This document shows positions 13,701 to 27,134 of a stretch of DNA of 64,000 nt, in pieces; the stretch's first letter is position 1, and each line of letters opens with the position of its first letter. The translations under genes and the position numbers were made by a program. The DNA comes from Eledone cirrhosa (lineage: Eukaryota). Under the pieces are notes generated by a model. That model saw nothing but the letters and a program-made list of their open reading frames with translations. It made no database searches and was not told the origin of the DNA. Location of the stretch: positions 165,168,001-165,232,000 of the forward strand of contig OZ024742.1 of NCBI GenBank assembly GCA_964016885.1, written 5' to 3'.

Positions 13701-16700
13701 TTTTACAAATTATCTCCCCTTGGCTGGCTGGAAATTATCTACCCTTGGAGGCTGGAATTTATCTCCCCTTGGACGGCTAGAAATTACCTCGCCTTGGACG
13801 GCTGGAAAATATGTCTCCTTGGACGGCTGGAAATTATCTCCCCTTGGACGGCTGGAAATTATCTCCCCTTGGACGGCTGGAAATTATCTCCCCTTGGACG
13901 GCTAGATATTACCTCCCCTTGGACGGCTGGAAATTATCTCCCCTTGATTTTTTTTACAAATTATCTCCCCCTGATTTTTTTTTACAAATTATCTCCCCCT
14001 GATTTTTTTTTACGAAGTATCTCCCCCTGATTTTTTTTTACAAATTATCTCCGCCTGATTTTTTTTTAAAAATTATCTCCCCTTGAACGGCTGGAAATTA
14101 TCTCCCCTTGGACGGCTGGAAATTATCTCCCCTTGGACGGCTAGAAATTACCTCTCCTTGGACGGCTGAAAATTATCTCCCATTGGACGGCTGCAAATTA
14201 TCTCCCCTTGATTTTTTAAACAATTATCTCCCCCTGATTTTTTTTTACAAATTATCTCCCCCTGATTTTTTTTTACAAATTATCTACGCCTAATTTTTTT
14301 TACAAATTATCTCCCCCTGATTTTTTTTATACAAATTATCTCCCCCTGATTTTTTTTACAAATTATCTCCCCCTGATTTTTTTTTACAAATTATTTCCCC
14401 CTGATTTTTTTACAAATTATCTCCCCCCTGATTTTTTTTACAATCTCCGCCTGATTTTTTTAAAAATTATCTTCCCTTGGCTGGCGGGAAATTATCTCCC
14501 CTTGGACGGCTGGAAATTATATCCCCTTGGAAGGATGGAAATTATCTCCCCTTGGACGGCTGGAAATTATCTCCCCTTGGACGGCTGGAAATTATCTCCC
14601 CTTGGACAGCTGGAAATTATCTGTCCTTGATTTTGTTTTTACAAATTATCTCCCCCTGATTTTTTTTACAAATTATCTCCACCTGATTTTTTAAAAAATT
14701 ATCTCCCCTTGGACGGCTGGAAATTATCTCCCCTTGATTTTTTTTACAAATTATCTCCCCCTGATTTTTTTTTACAAATTATCTCCCCCTGATTTTTTTT
14801 TACAAATTATCTCCCCCTGATTTTTTTTTACAAATTATCTCCCCCTGATATTTTTTACAAATTATCTCCCCCTGATTTTTTTACAAATTATCTCCCCTTG
14901 GCTGGCTGGAAATTATCTCCCCTTGGAGGCTGGAATTTATCTCCCCTTGGACGGCTAGAAATTACCTCGCCTTGGACGGCTGGAAAATATGTCTCCTTGG
15001 ACGGCTGGAAATTATCTCCCCTTGGACGGCTGGAAATTATCTCCCCTTGGACAGCTGGAAATTATCTCCCCTTGGACGGCTAGATATTACCTCCCCTTGG
15101 ACGGCTGGAAATTATCTCCCCTTGATTTTTTTTACAAATTATCTCCCCCTGATTTTTTTTTACAAATTATCTCCCCCTGATTTTTTTTACGAATTATCTC
15201 CCCCCGATTTTTTTTTACAAATTATCTCCGCCTGATTTTTTTTTTAAAATTATCTCCCCTTGAACGGCTGGAAATTATCTCCCCTTGGACGGCTGGAAAT
15301 TATCTCCCCTTGGACGGCTAGAAATTACCTCTCCTTGGACGGCTGAAAATTATCTCCCCTTGGACGGCTGCAAATTATCTCCCCTTGATTTTTTAACAAA
15401 TTATCTCCCCCTGATTTTTTTTTACAAATTATCTCCCCCTGATTTTTTTTTACAAATTATCTCCCCCTGATTTTTTTTTACAAATTATCTCCCCCTGATT
15501 TTTTTACAAATTATCTCCCCCTGATTTTTTTTACAATCTCCGCCTGATTTTTTAAAAAATTATCTTCCCTTGGCTGGCGGGAAATTATCTCCCCTTGGAC
15601 GGCTGGAAATTATCTCCCCTTGGACGGCTGGAAATTATCTCCCCTTGGACAGCTGGAAATTATCTGCCCTTGATTTTGTTTTTACAAATTATCTCCCCCT
15701 GATTTTTTTTACAAATTATCTCCACCTGATTTTTTAAAAAATTATCTCCCCTTGGACGGCTGGAAATTATCTCCCCTTGATTTTTTTACAAATTATCTCC
15801 CCCTGATTTTTTTTACAAATTATCTCCCCCTGATTTTATGTTACAAATTATCTCCCCCTGATTTTTTTACAAATTATCTCCCCCTGATTTTTTTTACAAA
15901 TTATCTCCGCCTGATTTTTTTAAATATTATCTTCCCTTGGCTGGCGGGAAATTATCTCCCCTTGGACGGCTGGAAATTATCTCCCCTTGATTTTTTTTAC
16001 AAATTATCTCCCCCTGATTTTTTTTTACAAATTATCTCCCCCTGATTTTTTTTTACAAATTATCTCCCCCTGATTTTTTTTTACAAATTATCTCCCCCTG
16101 ATTTTTTTTTACAAATCTCCCCCTGATTTTTTTATAAATTATCTTCCCTTGGCTGGCTGGAAATTATCTCCCCTTGGAGGCTGGAATTTATCTCCCCTTG
16201 GACGGCTAGAAATTACCTCTCCTTGGATGGCTGGAAAATATGTCTCCTTGGACGGCTGGATATTATCTACCCTTGGACGGCTGGAAATTATCTCCCCTTG
16301 GACGGCTGGAAATTATCTCCCCTTGGACGGCTAGATATTACCTCCCATTGGACGGCTGGAAATTATCTCCCCTTGATTTTTTTTACAAATTATCTCCCCC
16401 TGATTTTTTTTTACGAATTATCTCCCCCTGATTTTTTTTTACAAATTATCTCCGCCTGATTTTTTTTTAAAAATTATCTCCCCTTGAACGGCTGGAAATT
16501 ATCTCCCCTTGGACGGCTGGAAATTATCTCCCCTTGGACGGCTAGAAATTACCTCTCCTTGGACGGCTGAAAATTATCTCCCCTTGGACGGCTGCAAATT
16601 ATCTCCCCTTGATTTTTTTAACAAATTATCTCCCCCTGATTTTTTTTTACAAATTATCTCCCCCTGATTTTTTTTTACAAATTATCTACGCCTAATTTTT

Positions 16701-19626
16701 TTACAAATTATCTCCCCCTGATTTTTTTTTACAAATTATCTCCCCCTGATTTTTTTTACAAATTATCTCCCCCTGATTTTTTTTACAAATTATCTCCCCC
16801 TGATTTTTTTACAAATTATCTCCCCCCTGATTTTTTTTACAATCTCCGCCTGATTTTTTTAAAAATTATCTTCCCTTGGCTGGCGGGAAATTATCTCCCC
16901 TTGGACGGCTGGAAATTATATCCCCTTGGAAGGATGGAAATTATCTCCCCTTGGACGGCTGGAAATTATCTCCCCTTGGACGGCTGGAAATTACCTCCCC
17001 TTGGACAGCTGGAAATTATCTGCCCTTGATTTTGTTTTTACAAATTATCTCCCCCTGATTTTTTTTACAAATTATCTCCACCTGATTTTTTAAAAAATTA
17101 TCTCCCCTTGGACGGCTGGAAATTATCTCCCCTTGGACGGCTGGAAATTATCTCCCCTTGATTTTTTTTACAAATTATCTCCCCCTGATTTTTTTTTACA
17201 AATTATCTCCCCCTGATTTTTTTTACAAATTATCTCCCCCTGATTTTTTTTTACAAATTATTTCCCCCTGATTTTTTTACAAATTATCTCCCCCCTGATT
17301 TTTTTTACAATCTCCGCCTGATTTTTTTAAAAATTATCTTCCCTTGGCTGGCGGGAAATTATCTCCCCTTGGACGGCTGGAAATTATATCCCCTTGGAAG
17401 GATGGAAATTATCTCCCCTTGGACGGCTGGAAATTATCTCCCCTTGGACGGCTGGAAATTATCTCCCCTTGGACAGCTGGAAATTATCTGCCCTTGATTT
17501 TGTTTTTACAAATTATCTCCCCCTGATTTTTTTTACAAATTATCTCCACCTGATTTTTTAAAAAATTATCTCCCCTTGGACGGCTGGAAATTATCTCCCC
17601 TTGATTTTTTTTACAAATTATCTCCCCCTGATTTTTTTTTACAAATTATCTCCCCCTGATTTTTTTTTACAAATTATCTCCCCCTGATTTTTTTTTACAA
17701 ATTATCTCACCCTGATTTTTTTTACAAATTATCTCTCCCTGATTTTTTTACAAATTATCTCCCCTTGGCTGGCTGGAAATTATCTCCCCTTGGAGGCTGG
17801 AATTTATCTCCCCTTGGACGGCTAGAAATTACCTCTCCTTGGACGGCTGGAAAATATGTCTCCTTGGACGGCTGGATATTATCTACCCTTGGACGGCTGG
17901 AAATTATCTCCCCTTGGACGGCTGGAAATTATCTCCTCTTGGACGGCTAGATATTACCTCCCCTTGGACGGCTGGAAATTATCTCCCCTTGATTTTTTTA
18001 CAAATTATCTCCCCCTGATTTTTTTACAAATTATCTCCCCCTGATTTTTTTTACAAATTATCTCCGCCTAATTTTTTTAAATATTATCTTCCCTTGGCTG
18101 GCGGGAAATTATCTCCCCTTGGACGGCTGAAAATTATCTCCCCTTGGACGGCTGGAAATTATCTCCCCTTGATTTTTTTTACAAATTATCTCCCCCTGAT
18201 TTTTTTTTACAAATTATCTCCCCCTGATTTTTTTTACAAATTATCTCCTCCTGATTTTTTTACAAATTATCTCCCCTTGGCTGGCTGGAAATTATCTCCC
18301 CTTGGAGGCTGGAATTTATCTCCCCTTGGACGGCTAGAAATTACCTCTCCTTGGAAGGCTGGAAAATATGTCCTTGGACGGCTGGATATTATCTACCCTT
18401 GGACGGCTGGAAATTATCTCCCCTTGGACGGCTGGAAATTATCTCCCCTTGGACGGCTAGATATTACCTCCCCTTGGACGGCTGAAAATTATCTCCCCTT
18501 GGACGGCTGGAAATTATCTCCCCTTGATTTTTTTTACAAATTATCTCCCCCTGATTATTTTTTACAAATTATCCCCTGATTTTTTTTTTACAAATTATCT
18601 CCCCCTGATTTTTTTTACAAATTATCTCCCCCTGATTTTTTTACAAATTATCTCCCCTTGGCTGGCTGGAAATTATCTCCCATTGGAGGCTGGAATTTAT
18701 CTCCCCTTGGACGGTTAGAAATTACCTCCCCTTGGACGGCTGGAAAATATGTCTCCTTGGACGGCTGGAAATTATCGCCCCTTGGACGGCTGGAAATTAT
18801 CTCCCCTTGGACGGCTGGAAATTATCTCTCATCGGACGGCTAGAAATTACCTCTCCTTGGACAGCTGAAAATTATCTCCCCTTGGACGGCTGGAAATTAT
18901 CTCCCCTTGATTTTTTTTACAAATTATCTCCCCCTGATTTTTTTTTACAAATTATCTCCCCCTGATTTTTTTTTACAAATTATCTCCCCCTGATTTTTTT
19001 TTACAAATTATCTCCCCCTGATATTTTTTACAAATTATCTCCCCCTGATTTTTTTACAAATTATCTCCCCTTGGCTGGCTGGAAATTATCTCCCCTTGGA
19101 GGCTGGAATTTATCTCCCCTTGGACGGCTAGAAATTACCTCGCCTTGGACGGCTGGAAAATATGTCTCCTTGGACGGCTGGAAATTATCTCCCCTTGGAC
19201 GGCTGGAAATTATCTCCCCTTGGACAGCTGGAAATTATCTCCCCTTGGACGGCTAGATATTACCTCCCCTTGGACGGCTGGAAATTATCTCCCCTTGATT
19301 TTTTTTACAAATATCTCCCCCTGATTTTTTTTTACAAATTATCTCCCCCTGATTTTTTTTTACGAATTATCTCCCCCCGATTTTTTTTTACAAATTATCT
19401 CCGGCTGATTTTTTTTTAAAAATTATCTCCCCTTGAACGGCTGGAAATTATCTCCCCTTGGACGGCTGGAAATTATCTCCCCTTGGACGGCTAGAAATTA
19501 CCTCTCCTTGGACGGCTGAAAATTATCTCCCCTTGGACGGCTGCAAATTATCTCCCCTTGATTTTTTAACAAATTATCTCCCCCTGATTTTTTTTTACAA
19601 ATTATCTCCCCCTGATTTTTTTTTAC

Positions 19627-21143
19627 AAATTATCTCCCCCTGATTTTTTTTTACAAATTATCTCCCCCTGATTTTTTTACAAATTATCTCCCCCTGATTT
19701 TTTTTACAATCTCCGCCTGATTTTTTAAAAAATTATCTTCCCTTGGCTGGCGGGAAATTATCTCCCCTTGGACGGCTGGAAATTATCTCCCCTTGGACGG
19801 CTGGAAATTATCTCCCCTTGGACAGCTGGAAATTATCTGCCCTTGATTTTGTTTTTACAAATTATCTCCCCCTGATTTTTTTTACAAATTATCTCCACCT
19901 GATTTTTTAAAAAATTATCTCCCCTTGGACGGCTGGAAATTATCTCCCCTTGATTTTTTTACAAATTATCTCCCCCTGATTTTTTTTACAAATTATCTCC
20001 CCCTGATTTTATGTTACAAATTATCTCCCCCTGATTTTTTTTTACAAATTATCTCCCCCTGATTTTTTTTTACAAATTATCTCCCCCTGATTTTTTTTTA
20101 CAAATTATCTCACCCTGATTTTTTTTACAAATTATCTCTCCCTGATTTTTTTACAAATTATCTCCCCTTGGCTGGCTGGAAATTATCTCCCCTTGGAGGC
20201 TGGAATTTATCTCCCCTTGGACGGCTAGAAATTACCTCTCCTTGGACGGCTGGAAAATATGTCTCCTTGGACGGCTGGATATTATCTACCCTTGGACGGC
20301 TGGAAATTATCTCCCCTTGGACGGCTGGAAATTATCTCCTCTTGGACGGCTAGATATTACCTCCCCTTGGACGGCTGGAAATTATCTCCCCCTGATTTTT
20401 TTTTACAAATTATCTCCCCCTGATTTTTTTACAAATTATCTCCCCCTGATTTTTTTTACAATCTCCGCCTGATTTTTTAAAAAATTATCTTCCCTTGGCT
20501 GGCGGGAAATTATCTCCCCTTGGACGGCTGGAAATTATCTCCCCTTGGACGGCTGGAAATTATCTCCCCTTGGACAGCTGGAAATTATCTGCCCTTGATT
20601 TTGTTTTTACAAATTATCTCCCCCTGATTTTTTTTACAAATTATCTCCACCTGATTTTTTAAAAAATTATCTCCCCTTGGACGGCTGGAAATTATCTCCC
20701 CTTGATTTTTTTACAAATTATCTCCCCCTGATTTTTTTTACAAATTATCTCCCCCTGATTTTATGTTACAAATTATCTCCCCCTGATTTTTTTTTACAAA
20801 TTATCTCCCCCTGATTTTTTTTTACAAATTATCTCCCCCTGATTTTTTTTTACAAATTATCTCACCCTGATTTTTTTTACAAATTATCTCTCCCTGATTT
20901 TTTTACAAATTATCTCCCCTTGGCTGGCTGGAAATTATCTCCCCTTGGAGGCTGGAATTTATCTCCCCTTGGACGGCTAGAAATTACCTCTCCTTGGACG
21001 GCTGGAAAATATGTCTCCTTGGACGGCTGGATATTATCTACCCTTGGACGGCTGGAAATTATCTCCCCTTGGACGGCTGGAAATTATCTCCTCTTGGACG
21101 GCTAGATATTACCTCCCCTTGGACGGCTGGAAATTATCTCCCC
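19627..21143 (+). repeat. 752-bp tandem duplication
   Basis: ORF landmarks 20168/20920. The GATTTTATGTTAC, TCTCACCCT and TCTCCTCTTGG markers all repeat at +752. Confidence 0.88.
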
Positions 21144-24100
21144 TTGATTTTTTTACAAATTATCTCCCCCTGATTTTTTTACAAATTATCTCCCCCTGAT
21201 TTTTTTTACAAATTATCTCCGCCTAATTTTTTTAAATATTATCTCCCCTTGGACGGCTGGAAATTATCTCCCCTTGGACGGCTGGAAATTATCTCCCCTT
21301 GGACAGCTGGAAATTATCTGCCCTTGATTTTGTTTTTACAAATTATCTCCCCCTGATTTTTTTTACAAATTATCTCCACCTGATTTTTTAAAAAATTATC
21401 TCCCCTTGGACGGCTGGAAATTATCTCCCCTTGATTTTTTTACAAATTATCTCCCCCTGATTTTTTTTACAAATTATCTCCCCCTGATTTTATGTTACAA
21501 ATTATCTCCCCCTGATTTTTTTTTACAAATTATCTCCCCCTGATTTTTTTTTACAAATTATCTCCCCCTGATTTTTTTTACAAATTATCTCTCCCTGATT
21601 TTTTTACAAATTATCTCCCCTTGGCTGGCTGGAAATTATCTCCCCTTGGAGGCTGGAAATTATCTCCCCTTGGACAGCTGGAAATTATCTGCCCTTGATT
21701 TTGTTTTTACAAATTATCTCCCCCTGATTTTTTAAAAAATTATCTTCCCTTGGCTGGCGGGAAATTATCTCCCCTTGGACGGCTGGAAATTATCTCCCCT
21801 TGGACGGCTGGAAATTATCTCCCCTTGGACAGCTGGAAATTATCTGCCCTTGATTTTGTTTTTACAAATTATCTCCCCCTGATTTTTTTTACAAATTATC
21901 TCCACCTGATTTTTTAAAAAATTATCTCCCCTTGGACGGCTGGAAATTATCTCCCCTTGATTTTTTTACAAATTATCTCCCCCTGATTTTTTTTACAAAT
22001 TATCTCCCCCTGATTTTATGTTACAAATTATCTCCCCCTGATTTTTTTTTACAAATTATCTCCCCCTGATTTTATGTTACAAATTATCTCCCCCTGATTT
22101 TTTTACAAATTATCTCCCCCTGATTTTTTTTACAAATTATCTCCGCCTGATTTTTTTAAATATTATCTTCCCTTGGCTGGCGGGAAATTATCTCCCCTTG
22201 GACGGCTGGAAATTATCTCCCCCTGATTTTTTTTTACAAATTATCTCCCCCTGATTTTTTTTTACAAATTATCTCCCCCTGATTTTTTTTTACAAATTAT
22301 CTCCCCCTGATTTTTTTTTACAAATCTCCCCCTGATTTTTTTATAAATTATCTCCCCTTGGCTGGCTGGAAATTATCTCCCCTTGGAGGCTGGAATTTAT
22401 CTCCCCTTGGACGGCTAGAAATTACCTCTCCTTGGATGGCTGGAAAATATGTCTCCTTGGACGGCTGGATATTATCTACCCTTGGACGGCTGGAAATTAT
22501 CTCCCCTTGGACGGCTGGAAATTATCTCCCCTTGGACGGCTAGATATTACCTCCCATTGGACGGCTGGAAATTATCTCCCCTTGATTTTTTTTACAAATT
22601 ATCTCCTCCTGATTTTTTTTTACGAATTATCTCCCCCTGATTTTTTTTTACAAATTATCTCCGCCTGATTTTTTTTTAAAAATTATCTCCCCTTGAACGG
22701 CTGGAAATTATCTCCCCTTGGACGGCTGGAAATTATCTCCCCTTGGACGGCTAGAAATTACCTCTCCTTGGACGGCTGAAAATTATCTCCCCTTGGACGG
22801 CTGCAAATTATCTCCCCTTGATTTTTTTAACAAATTATCTCCCCCTGATTTTTTTTTACAAATTATCTCCCCCTGATTTTTTTTACAAATTATCTACGCC
22901 TAATTTTTTTTACAAATTATCTCCCCCTGATTTTTTTTTACAAATTATCTCCCCCTGATTTTTTTTACAAATTATCTCCCCTTGGCTGGCTGGAAATTAT
23001 CTCCCCTTGGAGGCTGGAATTTATCTCCCCTTGGACGGTTAGAAATTACCTCTCCTTGGACTGCTGGAAAATATGTCTCCTTGGACGGCTGGAAATTATC
23101 TCCCCTTGGACGGCTGGAAATTATCTCCCCTTGGACGGCTGGAAATTATCTCTCCTCGGACGACTAGAAATTACCTCTCCTTGGACAGCTGAAAATTATC
23201 TCCCCTTGGACGGCTGGAAATTATCTCCCCTTGATTTTTTTTACAAATTATCTCCCCCTGATTTATTTTACAAATTATCTCCCCCTGATTTTTTTTTACA
23301 AATTATCTCCCCCTGATTTTTTTTACAAATTATCTCCCCCTGATATTTTTTACAAATTATCTCCCCCTGATTTTTTTACAAATTATCTCCCCTTGGCTGG
23401 CTGGAAATTATCTACCCTTGGAGGCTGGAATTTATCTCCCCTTGGACGGCTAGAAATTACCTCGCCTTGGACGGCTGGAAAATATGTCTCCTTGGACGGC
23501 TGGAAATTATCTCCCCTTGGACGGCTGGAAATTATCTCCCCTTGGACGGCTGGAAATTATCTCCCCTTGGACGGCTAGATATTACCTCCCCTTGGACGGC
23601 TGGAAATTATCTCCCCTTGATTTTTTTTACAAATTATCTCCCCCTGATTTTTTTTTACAAATTATCTCCCCCTGATTTTTTTTTACGAAGTATCTCCCCC
23701 TGATTTTTTTTTACAAATTATCTCCGCCTGATTTTTTTTTAAAAATTATCTCCCCTTGAACGGCTGGAAATTATCTCCCCTTGGACGGCTGGAAATTATC
23801 TCCCCTTGGACGGCTAGAAATTACCTCTCCTTGGACGGCTGAAAATTATCTCCCATTGGACGGCTGCAAATTATCTCCCCTTGATTTTTTAACAAATTAT
23901 CTCCCCCTGATTTTTTTTTACAAATTATCTCCCCCTGATTTTTTTTTACAAATTATCTACGCCTAATTTTTTTTACAAATTATCTCCCCCTGATTTTTTT
24001 TTACAAATTATCTCCCCCTGATTTTTTTTACAAATTATCTCCCCCTGATTTTTTTTTACAAATTATTTCCCCCTGATTTTTTTACAAATTATCTCCCCCC

Positions 24101-27100
24101 TGATTTTTTTTACAATCTCCGCCTGATTTTTTTAAAAATTATCTTCCCTTGGCTGGCGGGAAATTATCTCCCCTTGGACGGCTGGAAATTATATCCCCTT
24201 GGAAGGATGGAAATTATCTCCCCTTGGACGGCTGGAAATTATCTCCCCTTGGACGGCTGGAAATTATCTCCCCTTGGACAGCTGGAAATTATCTGTCCTT
24301 GATTTTGTTTTTACAAATTATCTCCCCCTGATTTTTTTTACAAATTATCTCCACCTGATTTTTTAAAAAATTATCTCCCCTTGGACGGCTGGAAATTATC
24401 TCCCCTTGATTTTTTTTACAAATTATCTCCCCCTGATTTTTTTTTACAAATTATCTCCCCCTGATTTTTTTTTACAAATTATCTCCCCCTGATTTTTTTT
24501 TACAAATTATCTCACCCTGATTTTTTTTACAAATTATCTCTCCCTGATTTTTTTACAAATTATCTCCCCTTGGCTGGCTGGAAATTATCTCCCCTTGGAG
24601 GCTGGAATTTATCTCCCCTTGGACGGCTAGAAATTACCTCTCCTTGGACGGCTGGAAAATATGTCTCCTTGGACGGCTGGATATTATCTACCCGTGGACG
24701 GCTGGAAATTATCTCCCCTTGGACGGCTGGAAATTATCTCCTCTTGGACGGCTAGATATTACCTCCCCTTGGACGGCTGGAAATTATCTCCCCTTGATTT
24801 TTTTACAAATTATCTCCCCCTGATTTTTTTACAAATTATCTCCCCCTGATTTTTTTTACAAATTATCTCCGCCTAATTTTTTTAAATATTATCTTCCCTT
24901 GGCTGGCGGGAAATTATCTCCCCTTGGACGGCTGAAAATTATCTCCCCTTGGACGGCTGGAAATTATCTCCCCTTGATTTTTTTTACAAATTATCTCCCC
25001 CTGATTTTTTTTTACAAATTATCTCCCCCTGATTTTTTTTACAAATTATCTCCCCCTGATTTTTTTACAAATTATCTCCCCTTGGCTGGCTGGAAATTAT
25101 CTCCCCTTGGAGGCTGGAATTTATCTCCCCTTGGACGGCTAGAAATTACCTCTCCTTGGAAGGCTGGAAAATATGTCCTTGGACGGCTGGATATTATCTA
25201 CCCTTGGACGGCTGGAAATTATCTCCCCTTGGACGGCTGGAAATTATCTCCCCTTGGACGGCTAGATATTACCTCCCCTTGGACGGCTGAAAATTATCTC
25301 CCCTTGGACGGCTGGAAATTATCTCCCCTTGATTTTTTTTACAAATTATCTCCCCCTGATTATTTTTTACAAATTATCCCCTGATTTTTTTTTTACAAAT
25401 TATCTCCCCCTGATTTTTTTTACAAATTATCTCCCCCTGATTTTTTTACAAATTATCTCCCCTTGGCTGGCTGGAAATTATCTCCCATTGGAGGCTGGAA
25501 TTTATCTCCCCTTGGACGGTTAGAAATTACCTCCCCTTGGACGGCTGGAAAATATGTCTCCTTGGACGGCTGGAAATTATCGCCCCTTGGATGGCTGGAA
25601 ATTATCTCCCCTTGGACGGCTGGAAATTATCTCTCATCGGACGGCTAGAAATTACCTCTCCTTGGACAGCTGAAAATTATCTCCCCTTGGACGGCTGGAA
25701 ATTATCTCCCCTTGATTTTTTTTACAAATTATCTCCCCCTGATTTTTTTTTACAAATTATCTCCCCCTGATTTTTTTTTACAAATTATCTCCCCCTGATT
25801 TTTTTTTACAAATTATCTCCCCCTGATATTTTTTACAAATTATCTCCCCCTGATTTTTTTACAAATTATCTCCCCTTGGCTGGCTGGAAATTATCTCCCC
25901 TTGGAGGCTGGAATTTATCTCCCCTTGGACGGCTAGAAATTACCTCGCCTTGGACGGCTGGAAAATATGTCTCCTTGGACGGCTGGAAATTATCTCCCCT
26001 TGGACGGCTGGAAATTATCTCCCCTTGGACAGCTGGAAATTATCTCCCCTTGGACGGCTAGATATTACCTCCCCTTGGACGGCTGGAAATTATCTCCCCT
26101 TGATTTTTTTTACAAATTATCTCCCCCTGATTTTTTTTTACAAATTATCTCCCCCTGATTTTTTTTTACGAATTATCTCCCCCCGATTTTTTTTTACAAA
26201 TTATCTCCGCCTGATTTTTTTTTAAAAATTATCTCCCCTTGAACGGCTGGAAATTATCTCCCCTTGGACGGCTGGAAATTATCTCCCCTTGGACGGCTAG
26301 AAATTACCTCTCCTTGGACGGCTGAAAATTATCTCCCCTTGGACGGCTGCAAATTATCTCCCCTTGATTTTTTAACAAATTATCTCCCCCTGATTTTTTT
26401 TTACAAATTATCTCCCCCTGATTTTTTTTTACAAATTATCTCCCCCTGATTTTTTTTTACAAATTATCTCCCCCTGATTTTTTTTACAAATTATCTCCCC
26501 CTGATTTTTTTTACAATCTCCGCCTGATTTTTTAAAAAATTATCTTCCCTTGGCTGGCGGGAAATTATCTCCCCTTGGACGGCTGGAAATTATCTCCCCT
26601 TGGACGGCTGGAAATTATCTCCCCTTGGACAGCTGGAAATTATCTGCCCTTGATTTTGTTTTTACAAATTATCTCCCCCTGATTTTTTTTACAAATTATC
26701 TCCACCTGATTTTTTAAAAAATTATCTCCCCTTGGACGGCTGGAAATTATCTCCCCTTGATTTTTTTACAAATTATCTCCCCCTGATTTTTTTTACAAAT
26801 TATCTCCCCCTGATTTTATGTTACAAATTATCTCCCCCTGATTTATTTACAAATTATCTCCCCCTGATTTTTTTTACAAATTATCTCCGCCTGATTTTTT
26901 TAAATATTATCTTCCCTTGGCTGGCGGGAAATTATCTCCCCTTGGACGGCTGGAAATTATCTCCCCTTGATTTTTTTTACAAATTATCTCCCCCTGATTT
27001 TTTTTTACAAATTATCTCCCCCTGATTTTTTTTTACAAATTATCTCCCCCTGATTTTTTTTTACAAATTATCTCCCCCTGATTTTTTTTTACAAATCTCC

Positions 27101-27134
27101 CCCTGATTTTTTTATAAATTATCTCCCCTTGGCT

